DNA of 63,006 nucleotides, filler included, from Intoshia linei (Eukaryota; Animalia; Orthonectida): NCBI GenBank assembly GCA_001642005.1. It is 5 parts of 5 records of this genome, joined end to end, with 100 filler letters (N's around TTAATTAATTAA, not from the genome) between each part and the next. Parts side by side here need not be neighbours in the genome. Positions count along the whole stretch, not along the records: positions 1 to 19,821 come from LWCA01000711.1; 4 more parts are not named here. The stretch is one strand, 5' to 3'. Below are positions 1-13,000 of this stretch, in pieces. Below the pieces are notes generated by a model. It saw only the letters and a list, made by a program, of their open reading frames with translations. It searched no databases and was not told the DNA's origin. The position numbers were made by a program, and so were the translations under genes. The stretch's first letter is position 1, and each line of letters begins with the position of its first letter.

Positions 1-184
1 TTATAAAATCCGGTAATATCCAAAAAGGCATCATTCTCTGAAACAAATTTATAATTAGGACCACTGAAATCAATTTTAATTTCTATGTTATCAACAATAT
101 CCAAATTTTCAATTGATTCTTCCCCCTTGTCAATAGCTCTCAAAACGCTATTCAATAAGGATCGATTAGGGTTGGGCATTAGAA
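1..184 (-). CDS. Probable exon of an unidentified gene running off the window edge
   Basis: Minus-strand ttatag acceptor followed by an open frame LMPNPNRSLLNSVLRAIDKGEESIENLDIVDNIEIKIDFSGPNYKFVSENDAFLDITGFY; no family recognised. Confidence 0.35.
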
Positions 185-899
185 CTATAAATGTATATAA
201 TTTATTGTAAATATTCATATTACCAAATAAATAGCACGGTATACTTTTTATAAAAAAATATTTTTCTAACAATGTAAATCAAAAATAAATTATAGTCTAT
301 AACTTGATTTTTCAATTCTCTAGTTCGCGTGAGTGTAAATTATAAAATTTAATGTAACATCTGTTGTAAAAAATTAAATTATTGAAAATAAGATGTGAAA
401 ACACAAATAGTATAATTAAAATTAAGTTGTATGTCATACATCTCGGCTTGACAGATATTTAAATAATTTAATGTCATTTCAATTGAAAACGGAATTGTTT
501 AAAGTTGTATGGAGTTGTCAACAGTTAAATGAAGTTGTTCCGAGTACATTCGAGTAAAAACGATATTATTTAGTTTTGAACAATTTTATCCAATGTCATC
601 TTTTAACGGATAGAAATATTTAACAATCCCTATCATAGTACTTTTAAAATTGCTATTTACTCTACTAAATATTAATCTTTTGACTGCTCTATTGATTTGC
701 GTTAATACCCTACTATAATCTCGTCTGGTTATAATAGGTCTCGATACTTGTTCTATATTAATATATATATATGTTGTTAATAGGCCCATAAGCAGCTATT
801 TTGGTCACATTTTTTGAACATTTGTTTTTTGAAATAACGAGATATAAAAAATAAAATATGGTAAAAATGAAATAAATAATAACTGTTATGTCTTATTTT

Positions 900-1620
900 T
901 TCAAAACTTATTAATGTCTTTTTTATTTCTCCATCTAACAAATATCTAAATATTGTGAAACAATAAGCTGCATTATTAACATCAGTGGCTTCATCGACTT
1001 CAATTGCAACGAATGGTGTTTTTTAATCTTTTCTATAATACTATTTTTTACAACTTTAACAATGGCATCAATTATATAATTTTGCACATAATTAGACAGT
1101 CCCGAAAATATAGATGAATTATTTAAATCAGGGTTCTCAATTTTTTTCAGGCCATGGCCCATCTTAAAAAAACGTTAGAATATCTACTTTTATTTACAGT
1201 AAAATGCTTTATTTATTTAAATTTTAAAGTATCAAGAAAAGTGTTAAAAAATAATAATCAACAAGTAAATTTAAATTTATAATAGTTAGTGGCTGCCTTG
1301 GCATTGGTGTTTTGATGTGGTTTCATCATCTGGTTCAAAATTTTGAAGATCTGTAAATCATAATTTCAAATTTATATTTCAAATTCATAATGAATTTATA
1401 GATTTTTTTTTGGTTAGCAATTTTATGGCTTAATATACCAATTTTTTTTGTTTATCTAGCATTAGCTTAATTCGAGTAGAACCAAACGTTTTTATCGATA
1501 TTTGATTGTGATAAAGAATGTTGGATCTTTCGTGCATGGGTATTGCCTTAGCTATATTTTTCATGTTACAGTATCCGCTTTTCACCCACACATTATCACT
1601 CGAGTGAGAAAATAGTAAGT
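900..1620 (-). mobile_element. Degenerate hAT (ZMYM1/P52rIPK-type) transposase remnant
   Basis: Reads SSIFSGLSNYVQNYIIDAI...IIEKIK, then after a frameshift PFVAIEVDEATDVNNAAYCFTIFRYL (DE.TD motif). Upstream WVKSGYCN...HERS-like segment. Contains stops and frameshifts. Confidence 0.7.
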
Positions 1621-2212
1621 ATCAAATATTTTAAGTTTTCATATGAAATGACTTTCATGAGATGTGCAATCTCTGCATTCGTTTTGAATAAATATTTTAA
1701 TCTGGTCGAGATCGTAATATCTCTATTTTCAAACTTAATTGGTTTTGTCTCCATTAGTCCCATAGTTCCATCTCATTAAGCCATGGTTTTGCCCTTTCGT
1801 TAAATCCATTAACAAGAAATTAGCCTGTATAAGATTTACCATTCATTTTTACACATGACATAAAAATTATAACTACTTTTACAATTAAGAAAGCCTTCAA
1901 AATAGATATTTAGATATTTGATAAATGTCCTATATTTTTTTTTAGCTAAGTAGTGCCAAAAATTAATTTATATTTAGTTACACGCAATGCGATCATTGCT
2001 ATTTGATGCTAATGAAATTAATGCTGAATCTACAAATTACTCAAAATTTTGTTTTTTTATTCCTCATTTTTTTATTAATAAGGTTTATTTAAGATTGATT
2101 TATTATTAATACCCTTTTTAAACTTATGTATATTTTAGGCCATTTTTTTAATGTATTTGAATAAATACTTAGAAGCTGGGAACCAATTAGTAGAAGCTCT
2201 AAAGGTAATGCT

Positions 2213-3821
2213 TCCTTACTTATATAATATGCGACGCAATATTTTTTTGTGTCTGTATCTATGTGTGTTACACTTTATTCCAAGAACTACCCGTTTTTTT
2301 AATTTTATAAAGACCACATTTCAATTACAGTTTTTTCCGGAAGTGTTAGCAAAATAAATTTCTACCTACCAGACTCACATCTTACGAGTCAAAAAGCCCA
2401 ATTATTCTTTTTTTGAAAATCGAACGAGTTCTAGAATTTAAAAAAATATATACTCTGATACGAATTTTAAAATCATAAAATTGAATTTAAAAAAATTTAT
2501 CTTTAATGCCAAAACCCCAAATTAACCTTTCTTTTTTTTATGAAAACAGCCCTAGAATTTAAAAAAATTTACAGGTGGTACAGTTGTATCCTGAAAAATT
2601 GTAATCTGAATAAGTGACGACTTCATCGTTAAAAAAACATTTTAGTATTCATATATTTTTTTTCGAAATATTTTATTAAAACAAAAAATGTAAAATAATT
2701 AACGGTCCGAAAATTAAAAAAAAAAAATTATTCTTATAAACCTTATTCCAGTTCATATAAATACAAAATTTCAACCTCAAAAATTTACGCATTTACGGTG
2801 ACAAATAATTTTTAATATATTATCAACCAATATTGTAAAAATAAAATAATTAAATAAAAAAAAAACTTAATTTATTATAAATTAAATAATTTTATAAAAA
2901 TTGAAAATGTAAATATTGATCCTACAATTTCAAAAAAATGTGCATTGAACGTCTACACCAGCGGTTCTCAACATACTTTGCAGTTGGTACCCCTAAATTA
3001 AAAAAAATATAATTTGGTATAATTTCTATTTATTGTAACTATAATACCATGTGAATCAAATAAAATAAATTATTAGTTAAACTCTACTTCATCAAAAATA
3101 AATACATAAATGTATTATGAAATTTTAAAAATATTTATAATTTATGAATTATAAAGTGTGAGTCATAGGATGAGACGAACTGGTACCCCAAAATAATTTA
3201 TGGTATCCCCATTTGAGAACCGCTGGTCTACACATTTCCAATAGACATATGGGTGAAAATGTATATAATTTATTCCTTGGTAATTTTTTTCATTGCTACG
3301 CAATTTTTCAATCTCAAATTCTGAATTTCAAAAAATTTTGTTTAAAATCTAAATTTCAACTAAAACAACGAAATTAAAAGTAATAAAACTTTGTTATTAT
3401 CATTTTTATATTTATTACAATCCTTTGCAATTGTAGTGAAAATAAAGATGTTTAATCAGTAAAATACAAATTATGTTTCTGATTACGATAATAAATGTAT
3501 ACAATAAGGTTTATATTGATATTAACGAACTCACTTAACAAATAATATAGTTAATGTTAACTTATAAATGTTCAGTTAATAACAATATTTACAATGGTAA
3601 CAGTTTTGGTTAAAGTTTAGTATAATGATATTATCATTACAGCAATATTGGTAAAATTCGCCTGAAACAAGTTTGGGAACCATTCCTTTAAAGAATTGAT
3701 AAAGTGAATAGTAGGATTTTTAAGTTGGATTTCAACGTGAATTTATTTTTTTGGTATAATAAAAATGTGCCCTTGGCAGAGCTATGTACTTTTTGTATGT
3801 AGTACATAACAATCAACCTAG
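2213..3821 (+). mobile_element. Non-autonomous Helitron-like element (complete copy, intronic)
   Basis: 5' TCCTTACTTA start with TGTGTCTG microsatellite shared with other copies; 3' subterminal hairpin (tatgta/gtacata) and terminal CTAG followed by T; no TSD. Confidence 0.65.
2959..3225. mobile_element. hAT-type MITE nested in the Helitron
   Basis: TIRs CAGCGGTTCTCAA / TTGAGAACCGCTG; perfect 8-bp TSD GTCTACAC. Confidence 0.9.
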
Positions 3822-6800
3822 TTATGATATATTATCTTACCAATGTTATTTAATAGATTTTTGAATTTGGGCGAATTCGTCAATATATACGCTTATTCAT
3901 AGCACTGGTTCATTTACGAATGCAAAAATATGATGAATTTCGAATCGTGTTAAATAGAATGTTGCAGGATAAGAATAAATCGGAAAAGTATTTTTTTGTA
4001 CATCTGTATAGAGTCTGTGTTACCATCCGTTTGAACTTTTAGAGTGAGAAGACTAATTTTATTTGGTAGAAAATGATAATTCATTTTAGTTGAGACGGAA
4101 TAGCCCACTTTACCAACTTTATAGCTAATAATTAACTATGAGGGTTTGCTAACATTGATATTTTTATGGTACAGTAATATATTCTTTATTAGGATTGTTT
4201 ACAAAAAAATTTAAATCAATTTTATTATGGCCACTAGTTGTATATTTTTCATTATGATTTGGTTAACATTCGTGAATTAATTAATTTCTTTTTTATTTTT
4301 ACTTTTTAGTAAGAGTTATATTATCTGTTATATAGTAAAAGTGGAGTATTCAGATAAGACTGAAATAAAACATTACATGTATTTACAACTACTTATTTTC
4401 ACTGAAACTCCAAATGGACGAACAACTAACTAACTTAATGACCAATTATGATTCTTTTAAATTTGATTAATATATTTTTTTAGTTCAATGATTGTGTATT
4501 GTAGTGCCTGTTTATTAGCTTCAGAAGCAATTATTTCTATAAATGAATTTAGTGAATCCAAGTAATGTTTTATTTAACTAATATTGTTTGTAATACAGTT
4601 TGACATTTCTGGGGTAAACTTGACGTGCTCAACATAATCCTCAGTTTTTGGGTTTTTTTTAAAAAATATTTTAATAATTACCATTTAGACAAGTACTTTT
4701 TCCTATCATTATCTAACCTTTTTTGTCTCAGGCCCCAACAACATATTTTATTTGGTAATATTGTGATTTCTGTCACATGATAAAAACCACAATGCTCGCA
4801 CAATTTTTGTACAATTTCTTAAAATTTCTACCACCATTGGGTGATGCCTTAAAAACATAATTTGAAACTTGTTTACATTTATTTTTAGAAAATATTTACG
4901 AGAAGTCATTGTATTTACAAAAAAAGAAAAAATACTACCTCTGTTAGCGTCAGCATATTATTTTGTTATTCACACTGGATTTCGTTTGGGAAATTTTACG
5001 GTATACATTACACAAGACATACTTTTTTCAGTTGTAAAAAAAATTCTGTTAAATTTTATTTTTAAATGATAGACCGAATTGCAGAATGTATATTCTGAAA
5101 GATAGAGGGAAATTTGTCTCCTAGTTACCGTAATAATATCATTAATATTATTTTATACAAAGGAGTATTGCATATTTTAAATCATTAAGTGAACTATTTT
5201 GGGTAACTAATATTTTTTAGATACATAATTAAAAATGGTGAATCCAATAAAAATTTCAATTATGAAACCATCTTTAAAAAAAGGGCAAAATTTACCCTAA
5301 TCATAAATTTTTTACAGTACAATCTACACGAGAACACGCAAATATAATCCCATGACACAAAATTATTGATCATCCAGATTTTGATTTAAATTAAGTTTTA
5401 ATTATTAGATAAATAACAAATAAACAAAATTTGAAATCCACCATGAAGAATAATCATAACGCATGTATTCATTTTTTTAACTTTAACACGAAATGGTTCA
5501 CATTTGATAGAGTAAGATTTTTTTGATTTTATTAGACGTAAGTCACAAATTAGACAATAATTATTTGATTTTATACAATAATGGTCATTTATTTAAAAGT
5601 GAATCAACTTTATATATTAATTTAGTTGTATGTAACTACTAAAATGACAGTTATTAATATTAATATATAAATATTAATTAATCCTTTAACTACGATACAT
5701 TTTTCAAATTTTTTCAGGAATGTAAAAATTATAATTCATATTTGCATAGTATCTTATTTTTAAGCAGAAATTTTTTTCAGTGTTATAATAGTAAGATAAA
5801 TGTGATATGATTTCTTCTTAATTTGAGTCAACTAAGTGTATTTTTCCTCCAGAATTTTGTAAATAATGTAGAGTAGGTGGTACGTTTTTCCTGGATTATG
5901 AGTTTATTTAAAGTTTGCCAGGGCCACTAAAAAAATACTAAATTATCTCCAAAAACGGAGATTTTGTGAACTAAAAATAATTTTCAAATATTCTGTGAAA
6001 ATTTTTGAAAACGGTATATCATTTTGTCCATATCAGATTTAGGCTCACGTGGAAATGACTGTTTTATTATTTATAAATTACAATTTTTTATTTAGCCAGG
6101 ATACAAACTTATAAGTGATTTTGATGTAATTATAAATTCATTGAAATGTCCTACACTGGATTTGCTTTCTTCGTTTTTGTGGAATAGTAAGTTTTTATTA
6201 TTTATATTTAATATTTATATTATTTATTTTTATTTACCGCGGGTCGGTACAGCCGGACAAAAATCGTAGAAAATCGAGATAAAAATTAAAAATTTTTTAA
6301 TCTAAGAATCGTAGTCAAATATAAAAATTACGGTAGGTGTGGATGAACAAAAAAAACAATATTTTAAATTGTGTAAACTATGGTCGTTTATGAAAAATTT
6401 TACGGAAACGGGTAGTCAACAATCGGATTGTCGTATCGTCCACCCGATAAAAATGACTATTTTTAATACATATTATTACATTTTAGAGTATTGGGTTAAT
6501 GAAGGGAATGAGTACGAAATAAGAAAAACTCTCAACAAGTATTGTGAAATATATCAACTTTTTATTGAAAATAGACAAATGGCAATCACTGAAATTGGAG
6601 ATATTTTTAATATACAAAATATTAACAATTAAATCGTTTATGTCAATATTGTACAAAATTATAATTTTAACTTATATTTTTACAATTTTAAAGTTTGAAT
6701 GAATTATAATTAAAAATTGAAAAAAATAAGTCCTTTAAAATTAAATTTCTTTCGATTTGCTAATTAATCGTTTATATATTCTCTCAGCCAACAAAAATTT

Positions 6801-7045
6801 TGAATAATATGAACCGAAACTAAAAAAATTGTTAGAAAATGTTTATGTGGTTTTTCAAAACAAGGTCAATTTTTTGTGCAAAAATTTATATAGAAAAACC
6901 GTGAAATGAATGAAAATGCTTGAATTCTGAAAAAGTGTCGTTTTTCATCACTTGATTTAGTTTCCTTTTTTCTGTATTCAAAGTGTGATACTTTAATAAA
7001 TTTGTTGCTACTGTAATTAACATTAAATATTTTTTTAAATTTTAT

Positions 7046-10000
7046 CTAAACAGACAGTTCGTGTATTAATTTTAATTTATCTGCGCTGCTTTGACTGGAA
7101 CATAGTTCGTTGACAATACCCTTAACCTTGCTCTTTTCAATTGTTCCCATTTCGATTAGTTTTTTTAAAAATATATAGGTTGTTTTCTTTTTAGATTCAA
7201 TTAACTGTTTGTCAAGTGAACTTTTAAAATCATCAAGTGTTTGTTGTATTTCTTTTTCTACGGAATTTCTAAAAATTAAAAAATGTAATATATACAACAA
7301 TTGGGTGTCTACTTAAATCCAACCATTTTTACTAAAAATTAAAATTTACCAACCCTTAAGGGAAAAATCTAGTTTTACCAACTCTAAAAAGAAAAATTCA
7401 ATTTTACCAACCCTTAAGGATAAAAATCCAGTTTTACTATCCCTAAAACGACTAATTCAGTTCTTCCAAACCATACAATGAAAAATTCAGTTTCAACAAG
7501 CCAAAAAGGAATATTCCGTTAAGGTTTTAACCTTTTAGGGTCGGCAAAGCTGATTTTTTCATTTTAGGGTTGGTAAAATAGCATTTTTCTTGTAGGGTTT
7601 GGAATGACTGGATTTTTCTTTTTAAGGTTGATATAAGTGGATTTTTAGTAAAAATGGTTGGATTTAAGAATATTCTCAATATAACAATTTGTAAATAATT
7701 ATATTATTATTTGGTCATTATCAGGGTAAATCAGTAGTGTTGTATTTCTAACAAAAAAATTTCATTTAATGGCTTATTTATTTTAAGTATATTTATATTA
7801 TTATTTTATCAGGTTAGTCATTCTTAATTGTTCAAATCACATTAAATAACAATTTTAAATTTTTTAAATGGACGGTAATTTTATTTAAATTTTAAAATAC
7901 TGGTTGTTAAAAATGATGAAAACTTTTAATAATGTATACCAGGGAGGCCCAACCTGTCGATCGCCAAAATTAAAAAATTAGAATTAATTTTTTATGGCTT
8001 GTATTTATAGCTTCAGCATTTTAATCCGTTAAGTGTCAGTATTTTAAATAGTTTGTCAGTGAAAATATTAAATTATCAGTATTTTAGGTGCCAGTTGACA
8101 AGGTGTCAGTAAAAAAATATTTTGTTAGTACTTTAAATATACTGTCAGTATATCCTTGACTATACAGTATATACTCACAAATATGTAATTGAATACTGAC
8201 AGAATAATTTTTATGAAAATACTGACAAATAAAATACTTCCCATTTTTTTTATTGTATTAATATTCGTTATTAAAATAATCTATATTTTATAATTGTTAA
8301 AATTTTTACACATTAGAATAAATGCGATGTAACTTGTCTAAATCTTTATCTAATAAATAAATTAGTCCATATTTCTTAAACTAGGTTTTGACAATTATTT
8401 TCAAATATACAGCTATAGTGCTTGGAATCATTCCGAAAATTAATATTTATGTTTTCTTATTCTTAATTAATTTTAATTATAATTAAAATTATTAGTTATA
8501 CATTTTTTATAGTATTTTTCCTACAGAAACATTTTTCTAGTCAATGTATTAGTGGATAACATCAAAAAAGGTTGGGCACCCCTGATGTATACAATACAAT
8601 GGCTAGAACTTGACAACTTTCACACAACTAAGGTTAACTTTAAAAAAGTCAAATAGGTATTCACCTTTTTCGATAAATAGCAAGTGATACTTTTTTCTTT
8701 TACACTTTTAGTTATTATAAAATATCGTTACCTAAATGTATCCATTTGGTGTTGATCTAAAGCTTTCTTGGCTGCATCTTGGAATTTTCGAGCTATTAAA
8801 CCTTTTTTGGAGGTATCTGACGAATAAGTTTTCGATTGTTCTTTTTTTAACAATATTTCTTTTTCGCGTAATTTTACTTCCATGCGTTCACATAACCTCT
8901 ATATTTAGATTTACAATATTGTTAATATAAATCACTGATTCTTAACTTTTTATAACCACACACCCAATATGGAAAATATAAATTTAAATTATTAAATGGA
9001 CCCGCCTTTTTAAATATTAATATTTGAAAATTGAAAATAATTTAAAAATGTTTTCTTCTCGTTTGATTATTTTCGTACAATTGTCAAATAAACAGACATT
9101 ATTTATTATAACAATATAAAGCTCAACTCGACTAATTTTAAGACAAATTTCACAATATAATCTGTATAAAAATACCTTTTCTTGTTTTTCACGTTGATTT
9201 GTAATATAATTATTCATTTCGACTTCTCTTTTGGTGTTTTCTTCAACAACTTTGTTTAGTTCTGGATCTCCCTGCGCTCCCAATTTTTTAACTAGATTGT
9301 TTTTTAATTCATTGATTTCTTTTTGCTGTCGGTTCATTTTTGTCAAATTTTGTTGCTTTTCCATTTCAAATTTAATCATAAAAGAGTTTATCTTTTTTTC
9401 TTGTTCATTAATGGAATTTTCACGTTGTTGTTCCATATCATTTTGTACTACAAGATAATCATCGTCAATTGCAATGTTATCCTCTGATAATAGTATAAAT
9501 TTTTCTTGAGCATTCCTTTTTGTAGTTTCTATATCATCGTCCAGTTTTTCAATGTCAGTCTTATCCTGTTATTAAAGTATAGTTTTGTGCATTTACATAA
9601 GCATAAAATTATAATTTTATATTTACTTTAATGTCATCTTGTTTTTTTTCTAGTTCTTTTAATTGCTTTGCTTTTCTAGCAGCAATTCTTTCTTCAAGTT
9701 TTCTTTGTTTTTCCATTTTTTCTAATGCAAGACTAAATATAATTTTTAATGATATAATTGATATACTTTTATAAATAAAAATGTATACTTGCTATCCAGG
9801 AGAACCAAGTTGTTTTCATGTTCTTCGATTATTTTTTTATGTTGTTCATTTGAATTTTCAGCAGAGTTCATAATTTTGCTAAAATTAAATATAATCTAAT
9901 TTTTTTAATTTCATGCCTCAAGGCGTCTTCTTTTTCTCGAATGATGGATTGATTTTGTATTTCACTTAACACTTTTTCATTTCTTAAATTTTCCTTGTTT

Positions 10001-13000
10001 CGATTGTCTTCCTACAAATCATTTAGTTAATTTCTTTCAAATTTTTTTTCAATTTCAATTATGTATACAGACATATTTATTTATTTTATATTCATCAATT
10101 TTTAAAAAAAAGTTTTTGAATCAGACAAATGCCTTGTTATTAATCACCAAAATATGACTCATAAAGCCAATGTCATCATATAAAATTACAATTCAAAATC
10201 TAAAATATCTTTGTAATAAAGTTAACTGTATTTAACTCTTCACAATACGTGTAATTATTTACTTATATACTAATAATTCGAATTTATTTCACATTATCAT
10301 TATCATAATTTATTCACTGCTTATTTAGAATTGTTACTTAGAATCTAGACTTATTTGAGAAGATTAATAATGTTTATTACACTCATTTTGTTTAATTCAC
10401 TTTTTCGGTTTTCATCCTGTTTAATGATCAAGTCATTAGCAGCTTCATTTTGTTCGTCTATGATGGTATCAAAATTTTCTTTTGGTACACCTATACATTT
10501 AAATTTTTATTAACATGGAAATGTTAAATAAATTAAGGCGACCAATTGCTTAATAGACTCATTGCTAGATTCTGATAAAACATGGAAAATTGCGACTTGG
10601 AAATCAAATGCAATTGTTACAAAGTAACATCAATTTTAATTTTTAATTAATTAACAATTGTATTTTGCAATTTTTTGGTTGGTCGGCAACGCCGCACCTA
10701 CTCTAACAAGATCTTTCTTTAGATCTCCACAATTTTTATAAAATGTATAAAAAACGGCTCTCATTATCCAAAAATCCTAATAAAGTAATTTTACTTTTTT
10801 AATTTCATCTATTCATTCCCCTATTGATTCGTTAAAAATAAATTTGATACATATTTGTATATAAAATATTATTCTTGTTAACTTTGATGTCTCACTCCTA
10901 GTTTGTTAGATGACTTAATAATACTATATTGAATCTAATTATGACTTATAAACCTTCATTTATGAGTTTATCCATAAGGCCTTTCTTGTGATCTGTTATC
11001 TCGGCTAAACCTTGTTTTTGCAATTCTAAATTAGCGGTTTTGATTTCTTGAGAGTGGTTTTTGTCGATTTCGATTTCTAAATGATTTATTTCATTTCTGT
11101 GTCTTGCCATCATTTCTTGTCGCAATAGAATGTATTTTTCTAGACAATTGTTAGTAAATGGTTATATTAGATTTTTATATTATTTTACCATTATCTTTAT
11201 TCTTTTTTAAATATTCTTCCAATTCTGTTTTACATTCTTTTTCCTACAAAATTGATATATTTTTACTATCATAAAAAAATTATTTATATATAATTATTAT
11301 ATCCTTTGACTTACATAAAATAAAAGTATATAAAAATGTACGTGTGTGTAACCATTTAATTAGAAAACTGACTACCCCGAAATTTCAAAAACACAAATTC
11401 TTAATCTGATTTTTCAGCGCAAAAATTAGAATAAAATGCAATCCTAAAAATGAACATCTTCAAAGGCCAAAGCCACAAACTACCCATTATTTTGAAAAAT
11501 TAAAAAAACTAGTTTTGTTTAAAATTTCAAAAAAAGCATAGCTAAGTTCAACTAATTTGACATATATTATATAATTTTAATTTTATCGACAAAAATCCAC
11601 ACATTCCGGGATAAAGACGAATTTTAATGTAATAACATTTTTGAATTAAAGTGAAAATTAAGGAATAAAGAGCTATAAATAAGTCGTTTTTATGTATTAT
11701 GATAAAATTAGATCCAATTCTAAATTTTAATTTGATAATATATCTCAAATTTCCCAAATCCCAAAATCCTAAATCCAAAATTTTTTCTGAATTTTATGGC
11801 ATAGATCGATCTTAACGATGAAATATACTAATAACGGTGTTCCCACACTTTTTTCACGGCGGGTCGTTAATCCTTAATAAGGATTCCTTACTTATATAAT
11901 TATATATTATAATATGCTATGCAATATTTGTTTGTGTTTGTGTTTTACCGTTTATTTCAATAACTACCAGTCTTAGAATTTTATAAAGTCCACATTTCTC
12001 GTTTATTTCAATAACTACCAGTCTTAGAATTTTATAAAGTCCACATTTCAATTATAGTTTTTTCCGGGTGTTAGCAAAATAAATTTCAACCTCCCAGACT
12101 CACATCTTACGGGTTAAAAAGCCCAATTGTCCTTTTTTTTGAAAATCAAACGAGTTCGAGAATTTAAAAAAATATATACTCTGATACCGGATTTTAAAAA
12201 CATAAATTTAAAAAAAATATATCTTCAGGGCCAAAACCCCAAATTACCGTTTTTTTGGAAAACAGCCCTAGAATTTCAAAAAATTTACAGGTGGTAGAGT
12301 TGTATCATGTTAACACACATAAAAAATTTCAATCCAAATAAGTGACGACTTCACGGTCAAAGAAGCATTTTAGTATTCATGTATTTTTTTTCCGAAATTT
12401 TTTCATAAACAAAAAATGTGAAATAATTAACGACCGAAAATTAAAAAAAAGATTATTCTGATAGAGCTTATTCCAGTTGATATAAATACAAAATTTCAAC
12501 CCCAGAAATCAACGTATTCCCGGTAAAAAATAATTTTAACATATTATCAACCAATCTTTTTCAAATATTTTGATTAAAATAAAAATTGAAAATGTAAATA
12601 TTGATCCTACAATTTTAAAAATAACTCCGTATTCTTTTCTTTAAATAAATTTAACTTTTCCAATAAAGAATTTTTAATAAAATTTTCGCGGGCGATGTTT
12701 TTATCTAATTTTCATTTTCCGAAATTGAAATTGAAAAAAACATAAATACTGGGCCGCTGCTTTAAAAACATTAATATTGTCGTAAATCTCAGCCTCAGAA
12801 ACGTGCATATTCATAGTCAAAACCTAAATGATCCTTTGTATTAAAAATGACAAAATCCTAAAATTTTATTAAACTAAATTCTGTGATAGTTTTTAAAATC
12901 ATAAACATTACCATAAATCACAACCTCAAAAAAATGTATTTTCACGATTCAAAACCTTGCTAGATCAACAGATTCTTTTTTTTTTTGAAAAATAAAAATA

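Larger units (their letters stand above)
1978..6632 (+). pseudogene. Multi-exon helical-repeat gene, apparently degenerate; weak MAU2/Scc4-like similarity
   Basis: GT-AG bounded exons: HFLMYLNKYLEAGNQLVEALK (about 2140-2204), IFEFGRIRQYIRLFIALVHLRMQKYDEF (from 3858), LLASAYYFVIHTGFRLGNF (about 4890-5000), CPTLDLLSSFLWN, EYWVNEGNEYEIRK...NN* (to 6632). In-frame stops near 4040-4100 and 5103. Confidence 0.3.

Noticed and set aside
586-789. 67-aa minus-strand ORF
   Set aside because: No recognisable motif; it cannot be joined confidently to the exon at 1-184 or to the hAT remnant.
7303-7677. CRISPR-like spacing of repeats of about 35 bp (also 29040-29400 and 31405-31920)
   Set aside because: Units are degenerate tandem repeats without unique spacers, they invert centrally, there are no cas genes, and the context is eukaryotic.
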